Assembly: GCA_039030515.1 (NCBI GenBank)
Contig: JBCCEA010000016.1
Coordinates: 23,049 to 87,048 of the forward strand
Direction of reading: 5' to 3'
Source: Myxococcota bacterium
GTDB taxonomy: Bacteria > Myxococcota_A > Polyangia > Polyangiales > Houyiibacteriaceae
DNA length: 64,000 nt
Numbering within the stretch: the first letter of the stretch is position 1; the number at the start of each line of letters is the position of its first letter. A program made the position numbers and the translations under genes. Under the pieces are notes generated by a model, which saw only the letters and a list, made by a program, of their open reading frames with translations, made no database searches and was not told the origin of the DNA. Shown here piece by piece: positions 1-9,055 of this stretch.

Positions 1-606
1 AGGGAGTGTTTTGAGCACAGAAGCCACATGGGTTTGAACGTAGCCTTGGCGCTGCGTCGATCCGGCTCGGGGTTTGGAGAGGGTGGAAATGTAGGTAAAC
101 CGAGGATGCATGTCTTCGAGTTCCGAAAGCTCGGTCCACCAAAGCTGATCTTCTTCGTGACGGCATCCGAAAAGCAGGCAGACGGAGCGTTTGCGGTCTG
201 AGGCGAGTTCCGAATGCAGCATGGAACGAATCGGCGTGAGCCCCGTACCCGTCGCGACAAAGAGCAGCGGCGCATCCAACGGTGCAGCGTCGAGGGTGAA
301 CACGCCCCATGGCCCGTCTACCTCGACATCATCCCCCGCCTTGAGACCGTGAATCCGGGGAGAGAGCTTTCCCTCTTGAACCTGCGTCACCGCGAGCTCG
401 ATCTCTCTGCCATCGGAATACGAGGCCACTGAGTAGGACCTCCAAAGACCACTCTCCACGTCCGGGAGATAGAAATTCACCCATTGGCCTGGTTTGTAGT
501 CTAAGCCAGGCTCGCGAAGCGAAAGCGTAAGATGTATAACAGATGGCGACAGCGTCTTGGTAGCGATCACTCTGGCTGCCAGTCGGTCCCTTGGTGTCCG
601 GCTCAT
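1..606 (-). CDS. FNR-family oxidoreductase (FAD/NAD(P)-binding), 3' end beyond left window edge
   Basis: Absent from the ORF track because it runs off the edge. Hand translation of the minus strand from ATG 606..604 gives MSRTPRDRLAARVIATKTLSPSVIHLTLSLREPGLDYKPGQWVNFYLPDVESGLWRSYSVASYSDGREIELAVTQVQEGKLSPRIHGLKAGDDVEVDGPWGVFTLD...PLLFVATGTGLTPIRSML...CLLFGCRHEEDQLW. It carries the R-x-Y-S flavin motif and the G-T-G-x-x-P nucleotide motif of ferredoxin-NADP reductase-like proteins. The frame is open to position 1. Confidence 0.75.
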   Translation of the reverse strand, partial: MSRTPRDRLAARVIATKTLSPSVIHLTLSLREPGLDYKPGQWVNFYLPDVESGLWRSYSVASYSDGREIELAVTQVQEGKLSPRIHGLKAGDDVEVDGPWGVFTLDAAPLDAPLLFVATGTGLTPIRSMLHSELASDRKRSVCLLFGCRHEEDQLWWTELSELEDMHPRFTYISTLSKPRAGSTQRQGYVQTHVASVLKTLP

Positions 607-878
607 TCGGAGAAAGGTAGTCAAGCGCGCGAAGAAGTCGAGCGTACTCGTACTTGAATTCGAGCAATGTTCCGTGAGGGGTGCATTTCGGGTCGCCCGA
701 GCGGCTCTTGGCGACGTCTTGGAACGCACCATAAACCAGGTCCAACAGCGAGAAGCGTGGTCCGATAAGCCCGGTTCCTCCTTGGGTTACGCAAACCTGA
801 TGCGAACACCTTATTTTTGAAAACCATTGGATCTGCGGGCTCTACGAACTTGCCTCTAGCCTATCCATTTGGCATCTC

Positions 879-2966
879 TTGACGGTGCAATGGGGCCTGC
901 GCGCAGATCGATTCCCTTTCGGCATCTCAGGAAGCCCGCATCCCTGTGCGACATCTCCCCGTGTGACATCGGCTGACGCGGTCAGATACGCCGTTCGTGC
1001 AGACGATCCCTGCGGCGAACTGAATCGCTACGCGTGCACCTTCACCTGGGCTTTGTGCGCGTGCATCGCCTTGGTTGCCTTCGGGGGATGCCCAAAACGA
1101 CCCTCCAAAATGTCCGCTTTGCCGGCGGTAGTCACAGACGATCCTGAAGCGGAGCGAGCAATGCGCATGGCTCGTGAAGCAGCAGCTGAAGGTAGGACGA
1201 GCGAGGCTGAACAACGCTACCTCGATGTTCTAAGGCAGTTCCCAAACGATCCACTCATGGCGGTAGCCAACCTAGGGCTCGGACGCATCGAACTAAGCAG
1301 CGAGCGAGTAGACGCTGCACAGCAGCGCTTTATCGCACTGATGGAGCATCCCGATCGGAGCATCGCAGAGCGAGCTGCGTTCTACTCGGGGATCGCCAAC
1401 CACCTCGAGGAGCGTCACCAGGCTGCCCTGAACGCGTTGCTTCCTTTCGTGGACCGCGTGATCGACCCCGATGAGGTGACCTTGCTTCTTCTGACGATCG
1501 CAGATGCGGCGCTACAGTTGGGCGAACGCGTGATCGCCATTCAAGCGCTCGATCGTCTCAGCTACTCTGTGGCGCACGAGTCGGAGCGGTACGAGGCCCG
1601 TGAGCGGGTAAGCCAAATGATACCAGAGGCGAGTCTGGAAGAGCTCATCACGCTCCATGAATCCCTACCTCGCCAGGGCTCCGCATGGCCGATCGCGTCC
1701 AAGCAACTGGCGATTAAGGAGCTTCGAGCGGGACATCGGTCGGAAGCACTTAGAATCATCGATCAGCTTGAATCGCATGCACCTCTTGACGAATCGGTCA
1801 GTCGCCTGCGAACCCAAGCGGAGGAGACGCATCCCGCAAGATCCCACGTGATCGGAGCGATCTTGCCGCTTTCCGGTCGGGCACGGGGCGTCGGACAACT
1901 CGCACTTCGCGGCTTGATGCTCGCCGCAGAAGCATCCCGGCAGGGATCGACGGAACGAGGCGCATCCGAAGTGATCTTTCGTGACGATGCGAGCGATCCC
2001 GAACGGGCTGAAAAAGCGGTGGAGGATCTGGTGTCACTTCATCAGGTCATCGCCATCGTCGGCCCTATCGAGGGGCAAACTTCCAGCGCGGCGGCGATCA
2101 GAGCGCAGCAGCTGGGCGTTCCAATCGTCACCCTGACGCCACACTCAGACATTACCCAAACAGGACCCATGGTGTTTCAAATGTTCTTCTCTCCGCAAGA
2201 AGAGGCTGAAGCGCTCGTCCGTGCTGCGTTGAGTGCCGGCAAGCATCAACTGCTCTCTCTCTATCCGAACTCACCCTACGGACGTGCGATGGCCAGCGCA
2301 TTTCGAGACGCGGTGACCGCTTCGGGCGCCAATCTGGTCGGCGAATGGGCCTATGTGCCCGGAGAAACCTCTTTCAGCAGCTACCTTGCAGAGATCAACG
2401 CCCCGGTGGACGCTGTGTTCCTACCAGACTCCGCCCGAACGATTTCTCTCGCGGCGCCGGCGATAAAGGCATCCGAACTCAAGGGCGCCTCCGGAGCGCC
2501 TCCGTGCGTTATCGCGCCGAGTGTCGGATACGACGAGGATCTGGTCGAGCGCGCTGGACGCTATCTCGATGGAGCGCTCTTTTCGAGGCCTTTTCACCTA
2601 GGTGAGCAGGGTCTCGCGCACACGATCGATCCTACGGAACCGAGCTTCTCGATCCGCTTTCAAAACCGTTTCGAACAGCAACCCGACGTGTACTCAGCCT
2701 ATGCATTTGATGCGTTTAACTTGATCCAACGCTGGACACAGGGTGGCGCTTCAACCCGACAAGATCTTGCAGCGCGCCTATCCTCCGGAGCTCCCAGCCA
2801 GACCATCGGTGCGAGCGGCGGACTGGGCACCGATCGAAGATCACGGGTTTCGACACGCATATACGAATTGAACGCGGGAGTTCTTAGGCCGGTTCCGGAT
2901 GCACGCCTAGCGACCCCGTCCGCCGCCCCACCTGAACGCGTTCGCAGTGGCTCGCCCGAACCTTGA
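879..2966 (+). CDS. Lipoprotein with N-terminal TPR-like repeats and C-terminal type-I periplasmic-binding fold (LpoA/LppC-like or Liv-like)
   Basis: 695-aa ORF. It has a hydrophobic stretch ending in the lipobox-like LVAFGG-C. The C-terminal half carries IGAILPLSGRARGVG, VIAIVGPIEGQTS and GVPIVTLTP, typical of the PBP type-I fold. The start is uncertain: TTG 879 or in-frame GTG 963. Confidence 0.7.
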   Translation: MTVQWGLRADRFPFGISGSPHPCATSPRVTSADAVRYAVRADDPCGELNRYACTFTWALCACIALVAFGGCPKRPSKMSALPAVVTDDPEAERAMRMAREAAAEGRTSEAEQRYLDVLRQFPNDPLMAVANLGLGRIELSSERVDAAQQRFIALMEHPDRSIAERAAFYSGIANHLEERHQAALNALLPFVDRVIDPDEVTLLLLTIADAALQLGERVIAIQALDRLSYSVAHESERYEARERVSQMIPEASLEELITLHESLPRQGSAWPIASKQLAIKELRAGHRSEALRIIDQLESHAPLDESVSRLRTQAEETHPARSHVIGAILPLSGRARGVGQLALRGLMLAAEASRQGSTERGASEVIFRDDASDPERAEKAVEDLVSLHQVIAIVGPIEGQTSSAAAIRAQQLGVPIVTLTPHSDITQTGPMVFQMFFSPQEEAEALVRAALSAGKHQLLSLYPNSPYGRAMASAFRDAVTASGANLVGEWAYVPGETSFSSYLAEINAPVDAVFLPDSARTISLAAPAIKASELKGASGAPPCVIAPSVGYDEDLVERAGRYLDGALFSRPFHLGEQGLAHTIDPTEPSFSIRFQNRFEQQPDVYSAYAFDAFNLIQRWTQGGASTRQDLAARLSSGAPSQTIGASGGLGTDRRSRVSTRIYELNAGVLRPVPDARLATPSAAPPERVRSGSPEP

Positions 2967-2997
2967 ACGCATAACGACCGGACATGAACACACGCGA

Positions 2998-4293
2998 CTA
3001 TTGGGATACAAACAAGAACAATCCAACCAGGACGGCGAAACCAAACACCGCCAATCCCCCGAAAAGCAATCCGCTGGGTCTTCCATTCATCCCAAACCCT
3101 TGATCGAAACCTGAAGGGATCGACGACATTCTCTGCGCGGGGAGCTTTGAGATGTCCTTTGCGGTCGAAGACGGTGCGATCGAAGGTGCCCTGGACCCCT
3201 GTTTGATCCCGGGCTCCGCCTCCAAACTCGACAGTGCCCGCGCCAGCTCCTCCTCGGAGGTCTCGGACCACTGCACGTAGTCACCACTCAAACCAAGGCT
3301 TGAGAGGATTCGATTCGCAAGATCGCCGCAACCCGCAGGACGCTGGGCTTTATCCTTACTGAGCGCCTGAAAAAGCGCATCTCGGAGCACAGGCGGTACC
3401 CCAGCGAGAGGAGCCGGGTCGTCCTTGACGAGCTTCATTAGAATTTCGGCGACGGTCTGTCCTTCAAAGGGGACCCTGCCGGAAAGCATCTCGTAGACGA
3501 TGGCGGCCATTGCGAAGACATCGGTGCGCTGGTCGACGTCCAGTTTTCCCATCGCTTGCTCGGGGGACATGTAATACGGCGACCCGAGGGTGGTCCCGAA
3601 GGCGGTAAGCTTGGGCCCGGTCTCCATCTGCAGCTTCACGGAGCCGAAATCCAGCACCTTGACGTGAACGCCTTGGGGGCTTGAGCTGAGGAATACGTTT
3701 TCCGGCTTCAGATCGCGGTGGATCACACCGTACGAGTGCGCGTGCTCCAAAGCCGTTGCCAGCTGACACACAACTCGAACCACTCGCGATTTCGGCAGGA
3801 TCGTCGATGCTGAAATAGTCTCGGAAAGCTCCTGCCCGTCGAGATACTCCATGATCAAAAAGTAGGATTCGTCTGGAGTCTGTCCGAAATCCGAAACCTG
3901 AATGATGTGTCGGTGGTCAAGCTCGAGGGCGGTCTCATACTCTCGCTTAAACCGCTCTACAGAAACCGGCTCATTGGCCACGTGCGGGTGGAGAATCTTG
4001 ATCGCCACGCGCTCGCCGGTCTTCGAGTGCCTTCCTTCGTACACACGCCCCATCGCTCCATCGGCAACCCGAGCCACGAGGACGTATTCGCCCAGCTCTT
4101 CTCCGAGCCTTGGGTCGACATCCTCTCGATCCTGCTGCTGAACAGAGGCCGCGGCATCGATTTCGGAGGACGAAACGTCGTCGGGATGACTCGTCCCACA
4201 CGATGGACATTGCCGGCTCACGCTATGAGACGATAGGCCATTGGAGCCTCTCGGGGCAAGATGTGTGATGATTTTCGAAAAATTCAGTCCCAC
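2998..4293 (-). CDS. Hanks-type Ser/Thr protein kinase, C-terminally membrane-anchored
   Basis: Kinase motifs GAMGRVYEG, VAIK, HRDLKPENVFL, DFG and SPYYMSPE. A single C-terminal TM segment (LLFGGLAVFGFAVLVGLFLFV) lies 3 residues from the stop. Confidence 0.92.
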   Translation of the reverse strand: MGLNFSKIITHLAPRGSNGLSSHSVSRQCPSCGTSHPDDVSSSEIDAAASVQQQDREDVDPRLGEELGEYVLVARVADGAMGRVYEGRHSKTGERVAIKILHPHVANEPVSVERFKREYETALELDHRHIIQVSDFGQTPDESYFLIMEYLDGQELSETISASTILPKSRVVRVVCQLATALEHAHSYGVIHRDLKPENVFLSSSPQGVHVKVLDFGSVKLQMETGPKLTAFGTTLGSPYYMSPEQAMGKLDVDQRTDVFAMAAIVYEMLSGRVPFEGQTVAEILMKLVKDDPAPLAGVPPVLRDALFQALSKDKAQRPAGCGDLANRILSSLGLSGDYVQWSETSEEELARALSSLEAEPGIKQGSRAPSIAPSSTAKDISKLPAQRMSSIPSGFDQGFGMNGRPSGLLFGGLAVFGFAVLVGLFLFVSQ

Positions 4294-4376
4294 TCAAAGC
4301 GACATTTGTAGGCCAGAAAACTCAAATCGGCTCTGAGTTGGGAAGCAGGTCACGCGAAGCGAGACATCGAGCCAAC

Positions 4377-5042
4377 CTACCACTGCAGCCAGCTCTTACG
4401 TGTCACGTCGTGTGCAAGAGTCAGCTCGTCTCCACTGCTGTCAACTACCCGAAAGCACATCAACGTACCTCCGGCCGCCCCGCCATCCTCTTGCCACGCA
4501 CCGAGTACGCTCTCGATACCTCGCTCGCGCCCCGCCCGGTGAATCGCAACCGGAGCATATCCCCATCCGGCGGCAGGCCGTGTTTGCACCTCCACACCTC
4601 CCTCGATGGGATCCCAATTCGCTGCGTCCAGCATGCCCTCGATACGCAGCGCTCGAGCGGTGTCCTCGAAGACATAGGTCACCGCGTCGGACACAGCCCC
4701 AGGCGCGAGTACCGCAACCAGGGTGTAGGTGTCGTTGACCCGGCGAACCAGGAGCTCCCGATGCGTTCCGCTCACGAAAAGCGAAATGCCGACCCCTACA
4801 GCCAGATTCTTCAGGGGCTCCACCAGCTGGGCCATCGTCACATTCATTTGCGCGCCGGCGACCTTCGCGTCGAAGGGCTCGAGTTCGGAGCAGTAGTCGA
4901 CGCACTCGCCATCGTGATCTACGAAAAGCGCGGCCAAGACTCCGTCGTGACATCCCCAAAAACGGCGAAGTATGCTGGTGAAGCCACTTTCCACCTGATC
5001 ACGTGGCGCCTCACGAACACACTTTACCGCCGGCCTCTTCAC
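4377..5042 (-). CDS. Hypothetical protein, N-terminal Roadblock/LC7 (MglB-like)-type domain suspected
   Basis: 221-aa ORF. The stretch GVLAALFVDHDGECVDYCS...ISLFVSGTHRELLVRRVNDTYTLVAVL resembles the Roadblock/LC7 pattern by eye only. The GTG start overlaps the upstream gene's stop (GTGA at 5039-5042). Confidence 0.5.
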   Translation of the reverse strand: MKRPAVKCVREAPRDQVESGFTSILRRFWGCHDGVLAALFVDHDGECVDYCSELEPFDAKVAGAQMNVTMAQLVEPLKNLAVGVGISLFVSGTHRELLVRRVNDTYTLVAVLAPGAVSDAVTYVFEDTARALRIEGMLDAANWDPIEGGVEVQTRPAAGWGYAPVAIHRAGRERGIESVLGAWQEDGGAAGGTLMCFRVVDSSGDELTLAHDVTRKSWLQW

Positions 5043-6001
5043 TGTGTCCGAAGGGAGTGAATCGCCTGATCCACCGCATCTTGAAACCGCTGAACTTCAA
5101 AACGCTGCGCAGTTTGCGCAATAAGCTCCTTCGCCACTTCCGAACGACGTTCGAGCGACATGCGGCGACGTAACCCCATCTCAACCCTTGAAAAAGGGGT
5201 CGTCTCCTCGAGCAGAATCTGGTCAAGATATGCCACGTGAAATGCAGAATCACTTGCAACTATCTCTTGTAGCGGTCCTCGAATGTCCGCGGCGAATACG
5301 GCGGAAGCCAGCTCCGGAGGCAAGGGTCCTCGCTCTTGCTCCACAGGACCGTGCACGAATACGGTACCCTTTTCACGAAATCGATCGACCACCTGCTGAA
5401 CATCACGCATGGACGTCGCAGCGTTCATCTCTTGATGCGCCTGCTCTGCGATCGCGTATGCCGTCTCGCGCGATAGCTCCAAATCATCGAAGCCAAATCG
5501 CAGTTCACGGACCACCCTCCGCTCGGGTCGATGGAAGGAGGATCGCTTTGTGCGGTAGAGCGACTCCACCTCAGCGAGGGGTATCTGCTCCGGAGCCCTG
5601 CCGTTTTCTACGTATCGACGCAACAGGTATTGGACTGCAGCACGTCGCGCCGCCGTCGCTATCTCTGGTCGCTGATCATATCCTTGAGCGGCAGCGGACT
5701 GCGCGAGCAACTCGAACTCGATGAGTCGGCTCATCGCCTCGGCCGGAGATTCACCATTTCGAATGCCCGATCGCCGCACGTCCTCAGCGTGGATGGCCAC
5801 TCCGTTCACTCGAGCTACGATCGTCCCCTGCTCTGCCGAATCGAGCGTCCGAAACATGATATTCGAACGCTCCCGATCGCATCCCAAAAGCAAGATCAAT
5901 TGAAGGCAAAACACACAGTGTGGCACTGCGGTCTTTCGAACGTACCTTCCGACACGTATCGCAAGGATACGCACACGTCGATTTAGGCATCCTTTCGCCA
6001 T
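5039..6001 (-). CDS. SurA/PrsA-like lipoprotein with parvulin-type PPIase-like domain
   Basis: Signal sequence plus lipobox (LILLLG-C). SurA-N-like segment IVARVNGVAIHAEDV. The C-terminal half has FHRPERRVV...PPELASAVFAADIRGPLQEIVASDSAFHVAYL, similar to the PpiC-type rotamase pattern. Confidence 0.6.
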   Translation of the reverse strand: MAKGCLNRRVRILAIRVGRYVRKTAVPHCVFCLQLILLLGCDRERSNIMFRTLDSAEQGTIVARVNGVAIHAEDVRRSGIRNGESPAEAMSRLIEFELLAQSAAAQGYDQRPEIATAARRAAVQYLLRRYVENGRAPEQIPLAEVESLYRTKRSSFHRPERRVVRELRFGFDDLELSRETAYAIAEQAHQEMNAATSMRDVQQVVDRFREKGTVFVHGPVEQERGPLPPELASAVFAADIRGPLQEIVASDSAFHVAYLDQILLEETTPFSRVEMGLRRRMSLERRSEVAKELIAQTAQRFEVQRFQDAVDQAIHSLRTQ

Positions 6002-6018
6002 CCAGTACCTGTCCGTCC

Positions 6019-6279
6019 CTACTCTCCCACGCTCGGACGCAACAGTTCTACACCGCTGCCCAACAGCGCAATACCCATCATCGTGCGAACGATCGCTGCA
6101 ACGTAGTCCTGGCTCCCCAAATCAAGCACCACTACGTAGAATATGCCGAGAGCAGCTAGCACCAGCGTAGCGCCAGAAACCTCGCGGATCATCAGTTTCA
6201 AGATACCTGTCATCCAATCAACATCAAGCGCGCCCACCCGCAAATCGCTGTGCGCCCAAACGATCACGGAATAGTTCAA
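6019..6279 (-). CDS. Possible small two-TM membrane protein
   Basis: 86-aa ORF (64 aa from an internal Met) with two hydrophobic helices (ATLVLAALGIFYVVVL and MMGIALLGSGV). It is co-oriented and 17 nt upstream of the next gene. No recognisable family. Confidence 0.3.
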   Translation of the reverse strand: MNYSVIVWAHSDLRVGALDVDWMTGILKLMIREVSGATLVLAALGIFYVVVLDLGSQDYVAAIVRTMMGIALLGSGVELLRPSVGE

Positions 6280-6364
6280 ACTGCTCGGATGCCTCCGTTG
6301 AGACTATCTCGACCGAAGCATCTTAAACCGCGATTCTTGTTCAGATCGCGGGGGGAAGAAGAAC

Positions 6365-6889
6365 GTGAATCTGAAGAACAAAGCGAAAATCACCGTAGGA
6401 ACTTTGGGAACGATTCTCGTAGCGAGCTTCCATACCGGATTGGCGGCTCAAGGGCGACTCAATATCGGGGGCGGCAGCGCAAACTATGGAGTCCACAACC
6501 TACAAGGTGGGTTCACCCCAGATCCAGCGCAGATCAGCGTCACCTCGGGTCCCAGTGCCAAAAACAGCGTCAACATAGCGGACCTAAACTTAGGTGCAGG
6601 CTGCACCGGACATGCAACCCAAGAACCCGACATCATCGTAAACTACACAGACAGCGCAAGTTTCCTGCGTTTTTACGTACAGGGATCCGGCGATACCGCA
6701 CTCATCGTCAACGATCCGAACGGCAACTGGAGATGTGACGACGATACGGCTGGGTTGAACCCGCAACTTGATTTCAGAAGTCCAGCGAGCGGGCAGTACG
6801 ATATTTGGGTCTCGAGCTATGAAGCAGGAGCAAACATCAATGCTACGCTGCACGTAACAGAGCTACCCTCAAACCAAGCGCACAACTAA
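6365..6889 (+). CDS. Secreted hypothetical protein
   Basis: GTG start. Signal peptide KITVGTLGTILVASFHTGLAAQG, followed by a mature domain of about 140 aa with 2 Cys (GAGCTGHA...NGNWRCDDD). No family recognised. Confidence 0.6.
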   Translation: MNLKNKAKITVGTLGTILVASFHTGLAAQGRLNIGGGSANYGVHNLQGGFTPDPAQISVTSGPSAKNSVNIADLNLGAGCTGHATQEPDIIVNYTDSASFLRFYVQGSGDTALIVNDPNGNWRCDDDTAGLNPQLDFRSPASGQYDIWVSSYEAGANINATLHVTELPSNQAHN

Positions 6890-7006
6890 GTTTTCCGTAA
6901 CGATTCAGTTCTCCGCAACGACTTAGGCCCACCTCAGAAAACGTGGGACGTTCCGCAGCGTCCTAGAATTTAAGCGCAGCAGCGACGACAAAAGGCGGTT
7001 GCGCAT

Positions 7007-7036
7007 CCGAAGTCAGCCCAACCGAAGTCAGCCCAG
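7007..7036. repeat. 2 x 15-nt tandem duplication spanning the stop codon of the sigma54 activator gene
   Basis: CCGAAGTCAGCCCAA followed by CCGAAGTCAGCCCAG. The second copy contains the TGA (complement of 7028-7030). Confidence 0.8.
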
Positions 7037-8962
7037 CCTGTGGCCTTTGAGCTTTTTATACAGACCTTCTCTGGTCATGCCCAGGGTCTTAGCCGTCGCG
7101 CTTTTGTTGTTCTGATGGTCCGCCAGCGCCTGTTTGAGAATCCCGTACTCATACCGCTCCATGAGTGCCTTGAGGGTCATGCCTTCCCTTGAGTTCCCCT
7201 GCAGCTCTGCGCTTCCAGAGTTTCGAATTCTCGGACTGAGCTGCTCCGGAGTGACAAGCGCTCCCGCCTCCGATTGAATGATCAACCTCTGAATCTCATT
7301 TTCAAGTTCTCGAACGTTTCCCGGCCACCCGTATCTCGAGAGGACCTCCATCGCCGCTTGACCGATGCCGCCGATTTCACGACCAAACTCACCCGTATAC
7401 TTTTGCAGAAAATGCGCTGCGAGCAGAGGCACATCTTCTGGGCGCTCTCGAAGCGGAGGCACCCGGATCGGGAACACCTTCAACCGATAGTAGAGATCTT
7501 CTCGGAATCGGCCCTCGGCAACCTCCGCCTCAAGATCGCGATGGGTCGCAGCCACGATGCGTACGTCGACAATCTTGGTGCCGTGACTCCCGACGGGTCT
7601 TATTTCTCCCTCCTGCAAAGCTCGCAAGAGCTTTGACTGCAGGCTGAGCGGCATTTCACCAACTTCGTCTAAAAAGAGCGTTCCCCCATGGGCTAATTCA
7701 AAGAGTCCCTTTTTGTCCTCATTGGCTCCGGTAAACGCGCCTTTCCGATGCCCGAACAGTTCGCTTTCGAGAAGGCTATCCGGTATCGCTGCGCAGTTCT
7801 GAACGACAAACAGCTTCTCTTTTCGCTTGGACCAATAGTGCACCGATCTGGCGATGAGCTCTTTTCCGGTGCCTGTTTCACCCTCGATGAACACAGAAAC
7901 CCGAGTGTCGACGACCTTGCGTACCAGTTCGAATGCTGTCGCCATGGGTCTGCTGTCTCCGATGATTCCCTTAAACCTCTCTTTTTCCCGACTCTTAAGA
8001 TAAATATTCTCGTTCCTCTGCCGCTCCTCGGAAACTCGAAGTTTTGAGAGCAACCTCGCGTGCACCACCGCTTGACTGGTGCTTTGAGCAAGCAGGGCAA
8101 GGATATCCAAATCCTTTTCACGAAATATTCCGCTGGAGTCGCGATTGTCGACTTGCAACACCCCGATGATCTCGTCCTGACGCCACAGGGGCACCCCGAT
8201 GGTTGAGAGAATTTCGGCAGCCATCAGCGAAGCGGTTTCCCCCACTTCACGACGTGCGTCCGCAGCCAATACCGCCGCCCTGTCTTTGACGACCTTCCTA
8301 AATACGCTTCGAGTGATCGGGATAGGCGTCCCGGGAATGCCGCCTCCTCGCATGCGGGTTCCCATCGGCACGTAGCGCGCCATCGATGCCGTCGGACTCT
8401 CTTCGTGTTCTTTCAGTACGACGGTGACATGGGTCGCTCGACTCAGAAACCGAAACACCTGCGCAGCCGCTACGTCCAGCACCTGATCGAGATCGATCGC
8501 CTCGCTGAGTCTCTTTTGTGCCTCGTACAGGCCCTGCAGCAGTTCGCCGTTCGAGGTGAGCGTGTGCGCAAGTTGATCGAATAGGGCGAGGCGCTTCACA
8601 GAAACAAATTGCGTGATCTCGTCCGTATCATCGAACGTAACCTGAACCCGCACCGGACATTCCAAATCGCCGAGCTCAAGGATGTCGTCACTTTGCATGA
8701 GAAGCTCGCGACCCGGCGCCATCGTCAGATCGATCTTTTCTTCGCCACGGCAAACCCGCGTTCCATTGGTGCTGTGATGGTCTCTGAGCACGTAGCCCTC
8801 GACGCTCATCGCAATCGAGACGTGCAAAGCAGAGATGTGAGCGTCCGAAAGAACAAGATCGTTTCCGCGTTCACGACCGACGCGAAGCAGTGGCCCCTCG
8901 AGCTGAGTCGAACGTCCCTGCTCCTGCCCCACTAGGATTTCCAGACGGATCATGCACCGCAA
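7028..8962 (-). CDS. Sigma-54-dependent transcriptional activator, FHA-GAF-AAA+-HTH
   Basis: N-terminal FHA-like segment (LLRVGRERGNDLVLSD...HHSTNGTRV), a central GAF-like region, AAA+ Walker A GETGTGKE, the GAFTGA motif (RKGAFTGA), and a C-terminal Fis-type HTH (SATAKTLGMTREGLYKKLK). Confidence 0.93.
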   Translation of the reverse strand: MRCMIRLEILVGQEQGRSTQLEGPLLRVGRERGNDLVLSDAHISALHVSIAMSVEGYVLRDHHSTNGTRVCRGEEKIDLTMAPGRELLMQSDDILELGDLECPVRVQVTFDDTDEITQFVSVKRLALFDQLAHTLTSNGELLQGLYEAQKRLSEAIDLDQVLDVAAAQVFRFLSRATHVTVVLKEHEESPTASMARYVPMGTRMRGGGIPGTPIPITRSVFRKVVKDRAAVLAADARREVGETASLMAAEILSTIGVPLWRQDEIIGVLQVDNRDSSGIFREKDLDILALLAQSTSQAVVHARLLSKLRVSEERQRNENIYLKSREKERFKGIIGDSRPMATAFELVRKVVDTRVSVFIEGETGTGKELIARSVHYWSKRKEKLFVVQNCAAIPDSLLESELFGHRKGAFTGANEDKKGLFELAHGGTLFLDEVGEMPLSLQSKLLRALQEGEIRPVGSHGTKIVDVRIVAATHRDLEAEVAEGRFREDLYYRLKVFPIRVPPLRERPEDVPLLAAHFLQKYTGEFGREIGGIGQAAMEVLSRYGWPGNVRELENEIQRLIIQSEAGALVTPEQLSPRIRNSGSAELQGNSREGMTLKALMERYEYGILKQALADHQNNKSATAKTLGMTREGLYKKLKGHRLG

Positions 8963-9055
8963 ATCTTAGCAGTTACCACGCAGGTCGGTCTGTTGATCGT
9001 CACGGTTCACGGCGACCTTGGCCTCGTCCACTTCGTGGTCTCCCGTCCGCGGCGC

